A stretch of DNA of 63,278 nt, counting the filler, from Lenisia limosa (lineage: Eukaryota > Protista > Breviatea), in the NCBI GenBank assembly GCA_001655205.1. It is 9 parts of 9 records of this genome, joined end to end, with 100 filler letters (N's around TTAATTAATTAA, not from the genome) between each part and the next. Parts side by side here need not be neighbours in the genome. Positions count along the whole stretch, not along the records: positions 37,538 to 41,118 come from LPNZ01009804.1; positions 41,219 to 47,219 come from LPNZ01000661.1; positions 47,320 to 50,147 come from LPNZ01000799.1; positions 50,248 to 57,843 come from LPNZ01006487.1; 5 more parts are not named here. One strand, 5' to 3'. The position numbers and the translations under genes were made by a program. Below the pieces are notes generated by a model. It ran no database searches. It saw nothing but the letters and a program-made list of their open reading frames with translations, and was not told the DNA's origin. Below, in pieces: positions 37,538 through 50,679 of the stretch. The first letter of the stretch is position 1. Each line of letters begins with the position of its first letter.

Positions 37538-40400
37538 TGAAGCGAACCGCCGAAATCGAGGCCGTTCTGGGTAGGCTTAGTGATGACCATGTAATTGTGC
37601 TATAGAGTGCCATATACTGTGTGAGTCTTGGCCAGTGTAAATAAGATTTCCCTTCTGGAAAATCTGTTACATCTTACCGATAGTATACATATGTTTTTAA
37701 AATCTGTCACATCTTACCGCGGTCAATGTGTGATAGTTAGGGCTTCCCTACGGTTCGGAAAAGACCGGTAATATCTCGATATGTATTTTTGTTTTTGTTT
37801 GTTTGGAGTTTCAGATTATTCTGTTCGTGATTAATAATACCTTTTTGCTAATATTCTTCATCTTGCACCCCCCCCCCCCNNNNNNNNNNNNNNNNNNNNN
37901 NNNNNNNNNNNNNNNNNNNNNNNNNNNNNNNNNNNNNNNNNNNNNNNNNNNNNNNNNNNNNNNNNNNNNNNNNNNNNNNNNNNNNNNNNNNNNNNNGGCG
38001 TAGAACCTGACTCATCATCTTCGTCAGAAAAGGTTGGAGGGAGGAAGAGGGTCTAGGGCTTCACTAAAATTGTTATCGATATTATACTGGTAATTTTCGA
38101 ACTGAAGTGAAGCCCAAGGTGAGGCAGTCCCTTTGAGAGGGATGATTGGTGATCAGACGTTTGGCCATTATCCAGCTTTTGGAATTACCTTTCTTTGCCT
38201 CACCCTTTTTACCACTCTCATATTCAGCTCCATCATACATGCATTCAACCCACAATCGAGTTGATTTTCGGCCTTTTTTGTTTTATAAATATTCAAATTT
38301 TAACCCCCCCCCCTCAGGCCAAGACAAACGCCGGAGTGCCCGGCCTCTCTGCGCCCTGCCATCCCGGCGTCGCCGTGTGCGGCAAACTGCCTTTTATTAG
38401 GCCGAAGCTCGGCACGGAGCGGTCCACTGTGGTGGAGACGAGCGCCGGATTGGAAGCGGTTTGGGGGACAGGGGTGGTGAAATGATACATATTTTGACTC
38501 TTGACGGGAGGGGGGTAACAATCGACCAAGTGTGTGTTGTTGATCTCGAACCGAAAACCCTAAAACTGCAAGTCCTTCGACTTTATCATTATTTTAACAA
38601 CTCATTTGATGCAACACCAACAGCATCATCCCTGTATATAGATATACATACTTACATTATACTTATGACTTCCGTTCTCAGCAATGTTGGGCTATATTTC
38701 GTCACATGGATCCCCCCCCCCCCTATGACGGNNNNNNNNNNNNNNNNNNNNNNNNNNNNNNNNNNNNNNNNNNNNNNNNNNNNNNNNNNNNNNNNNNNNT
38801 CAGCCAATAGAGTTGATTTTGGGCTTTTTTTTTGTTTCATAAATTTTCCAATAATACCCCCTCACGATATAGCTGTCTACGCTCCTCAAAACCGATGCCA
38901 ATGAGCTGGCAGCCACCTTCAATCCCTCGAAAATGACGGGAAGAACTGTGGGGATTATATATTGTTGATATTTAGTGCTTCCCTACGATCCGAAAAAGAC
39001 CGGTACAATATAGATATTTTCGACAATTTATCAAGAAATCCAGACTTAATTGGGACCATAGGAAGCCCCATTTATATTTATTGTGCCTTAACGCCCCCAA
39101 GCCCGCCTCTCTGTTATCCGAGTCAGAAAGCTCCATCCTGAGAGCCCTTGCCGCCGAGGACTTCGCATTATCAATGCTGTGCTTGCAGGTGGGGTTACTG
39201 TGTTGTATTATATTCTGGGGGGACTATTGCCGAATATCTGAACAAGCACGCTTCACTGAACTCTATAATATAATCCAATATCTATTATAACCGTGATGGT
39301 GTGAACGGCTTCGGTCAGATACAACTTTCTTTTTTTATTTCTCATTGCTATATAATTACTTTGATTGCACATATGACCTTCCCTTTCTTTTTAATTATCC
39401 TCTAAACACTCCACGAACGCTCCTGACCCCTCAGATGCGGCATTTGCTGACTAAGTCTTCGGCTGATGTGGCGATACCCCAGGTTCTAGCAATGTGGCAT
39501 GACTACCCGCGTGCATATGTGGTGCGCGGGGGGGGGNNNNNNNNNNNNNNNNNNNNNNNNNNNNNNNNNNNNNNNNNNNNNNNNNNNNNNNNNNNNNNNN
39601 NNNNNNNNNNNNNNNNNNNNNNNNNNNNNNNNNNNNNNNNNNNNNNNNNNNNNNNNNNNNNNNNNNNNNNNNNNNNNNNNNNNNNNNNNNNNNNNNNNNN
39701 NNNNNNNNNNNNNNNNNNNNNNNNNNNNNNNNNNNNNNNNNNNNNNNNNNNNNNNNNNNNNNNNNNNNNNNNNNNNNNNNNNNNNNNNNNNNNNNNNNNN
39801 NNNNNNNNNNNNNNNNNNNNNGAGCTTGCCACTTCTCTGGGCCCTGCAGTGCGCCAAAGACTAGGATTATCAGGTGAGTGAGGGATGCCAAGAACCATTT
39901 TCAATGATCACCCCTTAATCATGAATCCTTTTTCATTACCTCCCCCAGATCACTAGCAGCAATGTCGGGCCGGGCAATGATCACCTTTCCCCCCTCCCTC
40001 TGCAACTCGCGGGTGGTGATGCGGCTTATCCGAGCCCTATCCGGCGTTGGAGCCTGGGGCCTAATTGAGGATCCAGAAAACGTCGAAGTCGGCCACTTAT
40101 CCGGGCTTTGTCACCTTTTCCGGGCTCTGCTCGAACCGGCATTCCTGAACCAGCCGACATGGAATCCAACAATTGCCTTATCGGGAGGGGAAACATGGCC
40201 GTATATGGCAACTGGCCGGTTACCGGCTAATTTGACCTCTAACCGCACCGGGGATGTTCCGTGTTCCTCCGAGGTTGGCTGGGAGATACACTTACCGATA
40301 TTAAGCAGTGACAAGGATAAGTCTTATTCGATTTGCTATGTGAGTTCCCAAGGAAAATCTGTGAAGACTCATCTCGTTCAGTGTATATTTGTTGTGTAAA
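37538..40400 (+). CDS. Divergent dynein heavy chain-like protein (linker to AAA1 region), degenerate P-loop
   Basis: Exons give WHDYPRAY (cf. WLSQLRFY), FSGPCSAPKTRIIR|SLAAMSGRAMITF (cf. [25 protein letters not shown]), VMRLIRALSGVGAWGLIED (cf. MGRIFKGLAQSGAWGCFDE) and LPANL (cf. LPDNL), in the correct order. Confidence 0.6.
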
Positions 40401-40994
40401 TGTTAAAAAAAAATACATACATGTATTACATGCAGTATGGACCCATACACTGAATTGAGGACAGAAAAGCCTTCACTATTGGTATTCAAGACTATTTTCC
40501 AATAATCCTCGTATCTTTTCCATGATACATATTAACCGAAAATACTGTGTAGCAATGACCCGGTTTGATGCAGCTCAGTACTAACATCATATACTATATA
40601 ACTATTTCAAATCGCATTCACGTATCCAAAACAGGTGGTGCTCTTTGCTGTTTCAAGGAGTAAGAGTGAAACGTTTCCTCGCGGTCCCAGTGATTTCCCT
40701 AGTAAAGACGTGGCCAAAACGCAGCTCTTTGGTATGCTGAGGAATGACTGCTGCTCACATTAATAACCTGAACAATGTGCTTTGGCTTGTCCAAACGTAA
40801 TGATAAGGTAAAAAATTGGGTGAATTAATTTTATACTATTATCCAATTCTTATCAGCGTGATGATATGGGCGGCTTCGGCCAGATACAACCTTATTTTTA
40901 TTTTTCATTTCTACATTCGCTCCAAAACACCATCTCCACTGTATATTATCAATGTACCTTTTTCATCACAGACGAACTTACCCCTCTTCACCCT

Positions 40995-41118
40995 CCTTAT
41001 TTGTTTTGTCATTCTCAATCCTTATTTGTTTTGTCATTCTCAATCCTTATTTGTTTTTTCATTCTCAATCCTTATTTGTTTTGTCATTCTCAATCCTTAT
41101 TTGTTTTGTCATTCTCAA
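40995..41118. repeat. 25-bp minisatellite (CCTTATTTGTTTTGTCATTCTCAAT)x5, running into the scaffold end
   Basis: Five consecutive units, one with a single substitution. Confidence 0.95.
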
Positions 41119-41597
41119 NNNNNNNNNNNNNNNNNNNNNNNNNNNNNNNNNNNNNNNNNNNNTTAATTAATTAANNNNNNNNNNNNNNNNNNNNNNNNNN
41201 NNNNNNNNNNNNNNNNNNACTTAATATCTTTATTGCCTCGTCTTTCTCAAAATGGTAAACTTTCTTCGCAACCCTACATCAGCTTGTCTTTCTTTGAGAT
41301 GGAACAGTCATTCTCGTTGCATACAATTACTGTTGTTCTAACCTTTTCCAGTGTCAGCGGCCATGTGTGTCCTAATGTGCCTCTGTGTATGTGGGGCTAT
41401 ACCTGAAAGTCTTATTCTTTTATCTTGTTCCTGCTGTAATGTTATGCATAACCATTTTAGTACAAGCAGAAGGATTTCGCCCACGCCTATAATAGGGTAG
41501 GGTGTTTATACAGTTTAACTTTGGATAGATAACCGAGCCATTTAGTCGTTGTTTCTCTTTTCTACTCTGATTGTTATTTCATATATTAACTCACCAC

Positions 41598-43750
41598 AGG
41601 CTACTGTGCTGCACCGAGGACCTGAGTTCTTTGAAGTCAGTAATACGGCCACTATCAACGAACTTGCCGACCTTGACGTTCTCCCATACCCTTCAAAAAT
41701 CAAGAAGGAGCTTGGAATGGGTTACCTGCAAGGTTGGACTAAATGATGTGTTTTTATTTCCTGATATAAGATGGTGATAAATAACTTTTGTACAGTATTT
41801 TACCCTTTTAATGTTGAGTTACATTTTGTCAACTTCGCTACCACTCTATGCTGGAGTGATGGGAGCAAAGGGACTAGCCTAGGCATTGTTTTGTTTTTTT
41901 CAACCCAAATATTGAGCCAACAGATTCTGGTTTTTTTGTTTCATAAATTTCTCACTTTTACCCTCATCCCCCCTTTAGGAGTGGTTTGTCCAAGAAGCGG
42001 GGTCGTTTGTAATGGTGACGTTCGCATTAAACCGACTTCAAACCCCTACAAACTCTTGATTGTAAGGGGTTTGGATATTTCTTGACTCTTTGTATGGGCT
42101 GACAATTGGATCCAAGAGAGAGTATTAATTCAAGACCAAAATGTTTGTTCACGCATACTCGCATCACATTTATAGCGAACTCACTATGTTGAGTAATGAT
42201 GTTGATTATATTACTCAGATACAACTATTTGTTCTCACATTTCCACACTTCCATATCAACAGGATCCTTCATATTGGATATATTCTCTTACCCCATCAGC
42301 GAGACCATCGTTTCACAGTCAAAATCTTGGTCAAGTTGATTGTAGTCGCATTTCTCGGGTCTATGGTGGCGGTAGGTGGTTTGTTGATCAAATCATAGAA
42401 GGATGACAACATTAAACTTGATAATACTCGTTTTCACAATTCCAATCTTCCATATTGAATCGAAGCCCTTTATGTTTGATGTTGGTAATGTATTTGTTTC
42501 GTGATAAGAAGGGTTATTCCCTTGGTTTTGCATCTTCTTAAGTGCTTATTCGTATGGATGAATTCCTTAGCTTGTGTATTTCCTTGCATTTTTCACAATT
42601 TAGGCTATCGTACTCAATATGAAATCCTCCAACAAAGGCATCGAGTCCAGCCCCCTAGCCGTAGGTTCTTCAGAATAGGAGTTTGATTTTGTTGTTTCAG
42701 GAGAGAAGGAATGTTCAGCATGAAATATTCATGGGGATAAGACAATGGTAATAGAGTGATAAAATAGTTTTAACTTAAAACTGAAATGTGTGATGTTTGA
42801 CAGCATTTATACATTTTTGTTTTATGTTGAATACGTAGTTGGCAGTTTTATAACATTCCAGTACCCCCCACATCGTCAAGCCGTATTCCAATCAGGCGGG
42901 CAGGTGGTTGTTGTCGACAATATTAAGTTCGGGGCAAACGACGAAGGCTACTATTTCTCTTCCAAACTGGTGTCCCACTCAATGGTAAGGGTCTTGGTGG
43001 TGGTAGAGGGGGTTGGTTGTTCATAGAGCGTTTGCTTTCATTCAAGACACTTTTAGAAGCTACGTTTGTGTTTTCGATGAGTTTGTGTAAATGATTTTGT
43101 TCACTGTTATAGCCAGAAGTTCCCAATGAACGCGTGTACAACTACGGACCAGATTGGTGGGCACCGTGGACTTGGTTTACTCATGTTTAAATTGGTTTGC
43201 AGTCACCATACTGTCATACCAAAGATAAAACAAGTTTTAATACACTAAACGGTTAGTTTCTCATTAGAATACTGGGGTGAGAATGATGAATTGGTTATGT
43301 ATAGTACTGTCTAATCGTGACTGAAGAATCCGGTAAAACTTACTCAGCCAGGCCTGATAAAGAAACTGAAATGGAGGCGAGCTTTATTCTGATTAATTCC
43401 GGATTCAACGTCTTCGCTGTCGTTGGTAAGCCGTTATTATACACTATCTTTTTTGTAGTGGGTTTTCATTGTTATATCCAACAATATCAACTGTCAGTTT
43501 CACACAAGTCTTACGATCTTGAAGTCCCTTTTATGAGTAATGAATATCACCAATCTTTATCCCGAAATAAGCACAGTTCATCAAAGTCATAAAAGTTCCA
43601 TCACACTCTAACTTGGAACAGTTGGAGTCATCGCCATCATCATTATGGTTTGCTGCCACTTTGCCGAGGGAGAATCCGCGCGAACATGCTGTTGTTTTGT
43701 AATCCCTGTTATCCTGATGATCATATCATTTTTCCTCGTTTCTCGGTCAA
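41598..43750 (+). CDS. Multi-exon probable membrane protein of unknown family (partial)
   Basis: Exons ATVLHRGPEFFEV..., GVVCPRSGVVCNGDVRIKP..., YPPHRQAVFQSGGQVVVVDNIKFG..., EVPNERVYNYGPDWWAPWTWFTH, and a hydrophobic GTVGVIAIIIMVCC...TCCCFVIPVILMII. Confidence 0.5.
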
Positions 43751-44149
43751 GCTCCTTACACGTCGACTTACACAGTGGGGGGTACTTTTTGCTCTTTTTA
43801 GGACTGTTTTTTTTAAAAATGATTTGTGAAACACCTCTTATAGGTGATGGTGTGGACGGTTTGGCCACACTTTCCTCTTTATTGATATTCAAGTTTTGTC
43901 CCATTATCAGTGTTCATTTAATTTATATTTAATATGTGATTCTCACATTTTGGCTTCACTTAGATACAAAAGAATAGCCTAAATTCCAAACACACACCCT
44001 ATGTAAGATCATATATCTGGAGATGCTACTAGCCTCTTAATCCCCCGTAAAAAACTGTTCGAGAGAAGGACAGATATCAGGAAATTGTTTGAGAACACCT
44101 AAAAAAGGAAAATGTGAGATCACTTCTTCTTTTTTTATTTCTTCTTTTT

Positions 44150-45910
44150 TTTTAAAAAACAATCAAACTTGTGCAAGACTCGAAGTTCGGTGCACATCTC
44201 GCTTTAATGAGGCAATTGATTCTTGTCGAATGCTAACTTTTCATTTCTTAGGTGATGCGAAGCAGCCAAGTTGGATGCCTGGGGGCATGAAGCAGGTTTT
44301 CCAGAACCAAGGCCTCGCAGACCTCAATTACGTATTGGGTATGGCGTTACCTTGGGGCTTAGAATTTTTAAAAGAGAAAGACGCAAATGATTTGAGGAAT
44401 CACTCTTTTTTCCCGCCCACTTTCAGTTATTTTACTCTCGACAGTGGCGACAGACACTACTGACAATGAGATCAGTGTGGTGTTCGGAGCAATCGTCTTT
44501 ATCAGTGGGAAATGGAGCATTGTTTGTCGTTTGATGGAGCTTTGTGTGTTGTGTGTAACTCTATCAATTGGCATCAAGGCAGTTTTTCTACTTCTACAAT
44601 ACCAATAATTTAATGTAACGCTTTTAGTGTGTTCATTTGGCGTTTGCTTTGCTAACATCGCTGCACATGAAGCTGACACGGTCGGAGGGTTGGTTTTTAT
44701 TTCATGCAAATTTTTCTTAAACCACATGCTAAATTGGTTTTCAAGTCTCATTGATGTTATTTGTGATCTTATGGCTTCTATTTGGCTCCGGAAATGCATT
44801 TATTGTTGCTTTCAGGAAAATCATCAATTTCTCGTAGCTGTTTATGTAACACATATCGGTCACCCATTTCTGACTAATCAGGTGGTAAAGAAGAATGCTG
44901 ATCCCCCAAGTTTGTGGATTGATTGGGGTAGATTATGCTCAATAAAGGTGTAGCCTGACAAAGGATTTTCTCTCAACAAAAAATGATATGATATGATACA
45001 GATGCTGTGTCGTCAACATATAATTACTGTGATGCTCTGGTGACATTTTAGATGTTATTGAGTCTCAAAGATCTGGCATAGATCCTCTGGTAATTCCCGT
45101 AAGCTTGTGTGGACTGTTTTGGCCAGATGCTCTTGTTTCTAAAAAAAGAAACGTATTGGATGCTCGATTTTCATTTGAATGTGATAATCATGCATATAGT
45201 GTACTATGCATGTTTTATTTCCAAACTCCCACAAGTAACATTGATTCAATTCCTTTCATTTTCCTATCACTACCCTCACCCACGCTTTAGATCAAGGGCA
45301 GACCGGACGTTGGGTGTTGGGTCAACTCCCCTCAGGGACGGAGATTGCAAGAGCAACATGATAGGGAGCTTGAGGAGCTGGCTTTGGCCGCGAGAGAACG
45401 CGACAATGAAAGGTTTGTCGCTGTCCGTCGTGGGCTGAATATATATTATTACATAGCATAATAACACTATTAGAATAGTATACTGTTACAGTACTATTTT
45501 TGCATCATTTGCCATTCGCTGCCTTCTTAAAGTTGTTTAATGTTCACCCTCATAGAAGTGAACACAGTGATGATGATAGATCGGAAGGCCTTACTCATGT
45601 GATAGGGTTAAAATTGCTGTGCTTCCATCTGCTGTCTGGAGTAATTATTTAAACAATGACTTTGAACTAGTACATATTTACAATATATCCTCTTCTTTTT
45701 TGTTTTTCAGCGACTAGATAACTTGAAACACTTTATTCCCTTACTGTTTGGATATCCCGTGTAAATCACTTTAAGATTGTTGATGATGAATCCCAATGCC
45801 CTATTCAACACTTCATGACTCACTACAACGCAGGTCAAGGAAGATGAGGCGGAGAAGAGACTTCGCAGGGTTCGTAAGGAAACCGAGGAGGCTGAAGCAC
45901 GCCTACAGGT
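44150..45910 (+). CDS. Multi-exon gene with hydrophobic segments and a coiled-coil tail, unknown function
   Basis: Exon-like segments GDAKQPSWMPGGMKQVFQNQG, NEISVVFGAIVFISGKW, IKGRPDVGCWVNSPQGRRLQEQHDRELEELA and VKEDEAEKRLRRVRKETEEAEARLQ. Confidence 0.45.
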
Positions 45911-46349
45911 GGGTGCTTAGCGCAAGGGTATTTGAATATCAAATACTGTGAATAAGTTAATTAAATATTGTGACATGGGAATATCAATCCCAGGTAAATT
46001 GCATCAGTCAAACCCTCACTATATCAATTCTTTCATAAGCATGGTGTTATGGACGGCTTCGGCCTCTATATTAGTATCTACTGTACTACTTATCCTTTCG
46101 GGCCCTGAAGTGACTTTATAAATTTGATTTCGATCGTTCTCGAGCCCACAGGCATCAAAATTGATGGGAAAAGGGTATTTATCACAAATATAGATGGGCT
46201 TTAGAATTTTTTTTTTTTTTTATGGCACAAGTTTGGCAAAAAAAATACCTTCCTTATATGGTAAGTCAACAATGAAAATTTTCAGTAAATTTATATATAT
46301 TTCACAAAAACAGACAAAATTGAACAGGAAAACCAGAAGAAACCATAAT

Positions 46350-46850
46350 TTACCAAAACCATGAAATGAAGGATAGCACTCTAGACAGAGGATAACATTA
46401 CACTTGGTACATGCAGTTGAAGGGCGTTTTGGGCAATCCACGACAGCAAATTTTGACCATTTCCGACCGGTTGAGGTGGAGGGTTGACCTTTCCAAAGCT
46501 GAGTCTCTTTTTGCGAGCAGAAGGATTACGTTTCGCCAATTTATCAACAACCATTGCTTCTCTACAGCCCGTTACCATTGCAAAAAGTAATTCAAACCTG
46601 AAATGAAATTGCTGTCGCAAGCGTTATTGGGGGCTTGGGCGAGGATGTGGAGGTAGGGAAAGAGCTGAAATGAATGAGAGTGTAATCTTCCAACCTTATG
46701 TCAAACAGAGCACGGTGATGATTAACAACACCAGGTATCACGCGACAAGCTTTTTGGGTGAAACGTGGGCGTTGGAATGTCCATTCTGCAGCATGTCTAC
46801 TGGTGGAAGTTTCATTATTACGAATATTTTGGTTAAGAAGGGCACCCATT
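46350..46850 (-). mobile_element. piggyBac-like transposase C-terminal relic
   Basis: MGALLNQ...SRHAAEW (region of the third D; cf. MGGVDxxDQ...RxxKW), QFHFRFELLFAM, and a terminal Cys-rich CPKRPSTACTKCNVILCLECYPSFH. Frameshifts are present. Confidence 0.6.
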
Positions 46851-47754
46851 TTTTGAAAAAGGATTAAAAAAAAAGAAATTTTCAATTAAGTAGACTCATA
46901 TTGTGGATGATTATGTAGTTTTTACATAATAAAAAAAAAGTGCAGTTAGTAATTTTTAAAATATCTCACAATGTTGTTGTTTTTTTCAAAAAACATCGAT
47001 TTTCAACTTTGAAAACAGCACTTTTTTTTGGCGCGCAGTATAAAACTGACTTGGGTATTTTGTGAAAATGATGTTGGGGAAGATAATACAGCCCATTTCA
47101 CACCAAAACACTATTTTTGTAAAAAAAATCCACTAAAACCATAATAAATGCTGAAATACTATATGCTGCTGCACCAAAACCGTGTCATTAATTCAGAAAC
47201 CGTGTCATTAATTATTTTTNNNNNNNNNNNNNNNNNNNNNNNNNNNNNNNNNNNNNNNNNNNNTTAATTAATTAANNNNNNNNNNNNNNNNNNNNNNNNN
47301 NNNNNNNNNNNNNNNNNNNAAATAAAAATAAAGATGTATCTGGCCTCATATAGCAATGAAAAATAAGGTTGTATCTGGTATAATATGATGTATGACACTA
47401 TCAAGACACCAAAAAAAGTCGCCATCTTACAATTTGAGCAAAGCGGGACTTTAGCGAGGACATCTGGGTTTGGAGTAATGTGTGATGCTCCTTCAATTCC
47501 TCAAACTAAAGCGTAATTGTGTTTAATATTAGCAAAAGGCCCTCATTGCGCTACCTTGAAATAATTCAAAGAAGAAATAAATTCTGAAGTGACATGTAGG
47601 CATCCCCGTCAGCCTTTTTCAGCTTTTGGATACTTACGCTCCCACCCCCCTCTTGGGATGGTCCGAAAAGACAGTTAAATATCGATAATTATTGTGTATT
47701 TCTCGAGAGAATTGGTCTTTTTTGGTACTGCCGGTAAGACTTCGACATAACTCA

Positions 47755-47834
47755 CCCCCTTACCTCAGCTTTTGGTATGGGCCCCCTCACCTCAGCTTTT
47801 GGTATGGGCCCCCTCACCTCAGCTTTTGGTATGG
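47755..47834 (-). repeat. 27-bp tandem repeat spanning an exon/intron junction
   Basis: (CCATACCAAAAGCTGAG|GTRAGGGGG) x3 on the minus strand. Confidence 0.9.
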
Positions 47835-49900
47835 ACGTGACCAGTCGCTGCTTGTACTTGTACACATCCCTCAATGCATCAGCCAAGTCATTTTGGGCCA
47901 ATTCAAGGCGCTGTTTAAATCGGTCGGCGGCCATTGTCGAGTCTGCCGTCTGGCTCTATGATATGTTAGTCTGGCTCTATGAATGAATGATATGAGAACC
48001 GATATTTGTTTTATCATTTCCTGGGGGGGGGGGGCAGGAGCTTGATTGTGTTACTTATAGTGACAAAATATTTCAATAATACAACTGATTGTCCGGCTGG
48101 ATTCCCTGGCAGTGATAATTGTGATGATGGACGCTGATAGTCACGACGGACGCTTCCCATTCCGCGTCAGGATTAGAGATATTCCTGTCAAGGACAAGGC
48201 CGGTAACATATGGGCATCGTTGCCTACAGAATGCATCCCCTGGAATCACGATGCGATCAATACGGAACTATTTGATCTCGCGATGAACAGGAGACTTGAT
48301 GTCAGCTGAGTTAAAGTCAATTATCCATCACACATTGTACATATGTTTTCTGTAAGAATCAAAGTTTCTGAATTTGGAAAACCATTTTGACGAAATTTGA
48401 CCATTTTCCTCCGCTAACCCTCAGCTTTTAGTTTCTGAAATTTGCACCAAAATTGTGGTCCAGGTCTCATTATCATTGACCTAAGAATAATTTCCAACTT
48501 CCTTATCATCCTGAGGTGATAGTAAGTTCCCTTTGTTATGCCCTTTTCTCGCTTAAAAATCAAGGTTTCTGAATTTGGAAACAAAGTTGGCTGGAACAAA
48601 GGTGTGTTGTCTGGTAGTGTGATTTCCATGGTTTGCGTTGATTTTCTCAACTTAGTGTCGTGAACAACGTGCAGAAAAAGGGATCCCAAGTGATCAAAAG
48701 ATCTTAATTCGTACATCTTCGTGGCCAGTCTCTAGTTGAAATTGAGGGTTAGTGTTGTTAGAAAGATGGGGGTAATGGGCACTCAAATCAATACCCTGTG
48801 ATATCATAAGTCCCAGTTCGTACCTCAGACTGGACGTGCAATGATTGGTATCGCTGCACACTGCCAAGGAGGATTCTCTTGCTCTCAAGGCCCTCCTTGT
48901 ACATCTTCTGTGTTGTCGAGAGTTCCTCTCGAAGCATGCTGAGTTCGCCTTGAGACTCCTTTAATGTTAGGTCCCACCAATAATAGTGAGTACTTTCAAC
49001 AAAAATCCCAATTAAAAATAACAAATAGTACATCTTACACCTAGATATCACCCCGCAAACTCTGACTGCGTTTTTGGCCGCTTGGACTTCGCGGGTGAGC
49101 TGTCGGATCCTGAGGAATGAAAGACTTAAAAAGGAACAGAAATAATAATAATAATAATAATAATAAAAACAAAAAAAGTTATTCGAATCAAAAAATTACC
49201 GGTGCCCTTACATAGAACACACACATACACAAAAAAGGGGGGGTCAAGAATTCACCGCTCACTTGCTTTGAAGAATTTCAACTGATCGTTTGTGCTTCTC
49301 TCGCGAGTCTTGCAGTTCCTTGGTGGGTTAACTCATGAAAAAAGGGTGGAGCAAATATTGGATTACACACATGGTTAAAGCTGATCATTCGGTAGAACAG
49401 CATCATAAGTTTATGGTATCCCTATGTACATATTAATTTGTTTCCCTTGACTTCTAATCTATTATAATATTTCTCTTGTTAAAATAAAATTATAAGGTAA
49501 TGAAGAACTTTATGCTTTTTCAGAAAAGGAAAGAATTCCCATGAATATCCACTCACCCTGTTGGTTTCTTCGGATATAGTAGATAGCTTGGCTTTCATAG
49601 TCTCAACATCTGCAGAGGTCTGCCCATAGTACTCCAAAGAGGCCTCGTATTCATGCTACAATCGTCATTTATTCATTTACAGCAATAATATGCAGAAATG
49701 GAAAATGAAATAAGGGAGTATCTGGCTAAAGACGACCACTACGTAATTAATAAGTTTTGAAGCCAAGATGAGTAAATTAGAGTGTGCCCAATTTACATTG
49801 TATATTTTCAAATCACAGCAAATGAATGGTACAGACATACAGTCTCACAAAACGTCCTTCGCTCACCTTGATAGCAGCCAAGATAGGACCGTACGTTTGG
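47760..49900 (-). CDS. Multi-exon coiled-coil protein (partial)
   Basis: Heptad-rich exons HEYEASLEYYGQTSADVETMKAKL, TKELQDSREKHKRSVEILQS, LKESQGELSMLREELSTTQKMY and AADRFKQRLELAQNDLADALRD, with GT donors. Confidence 0.55.
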
Positions 49901-50679
49901 AAGTTTGAAATGATACCCTCGAAGACCTGAAGAACTGTTAGACGTTTTTAATGAAATAGTAGTCAGATATTAATTACTATATCAAGAACTGTTGTGCTCT
50001 ATTTGTGTACCCTTTGAAAGCCCTCCCATACCTCCCTGTGAACGGCTAGTCTCGAGGGGTGCGGCGCCGTATCAGGGCACTGCAAGCGTGTCATTTCAGT
50101 TTGTAGATATTCCTCCAGTGTCGCCAGGAACCTTGGCTTATTGCTCGNNNNNNNNNNNNNNNNNNNNNNNNNNNNNNNNNNNNNNNNNNNNTTAATTAAT
50201 TAANNNNNNNNNNNNNNNNNNNNNNNNNNNNNNNNNNNNNNNNNNNNTTGTTTTATTTCCCTACAGTGGGGTTTCCAGGAAGTTAAAAAATTTCGTATTC
50301 CATATGACTAATTTATTCCTTTGATACTCCCTGAGCTCAATAGTTTTTACCTCAATATACACTGGATCGTGATAAATCATGGCACATACGTGTATATTTG
50401 TCAGGGTTTATCGCGATATTCATATATTTTTCTTTTGGTGAAAAACCATTCTAAGCTTTTTGACTTCTACCGAAAAAGAGAAGTGAATTACTGTTTCTAT
50501 AATCAATGCCTTTCTTATTTGTCAAATTTTTATCTTAGGTCATTTAACACGTTTATTTATTTCTGTTATTCACGTTCGTTCTTCAAATCTCTTGATTTGA
50601 AGATTACAAAATGATCCCTTATCATCGAATGACAATTCCCATTTCTTCATATGATGTCCAGATAAATAACCCATATTTA

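Noticed and set aside
40995-41118. 25-bp and 27-bp (47755-47834) direct repeats as CRISPR arrays
   Set aside because: The units are head-to-tail without unique spacers, there are no cas genes, and the context is eukaryotic.
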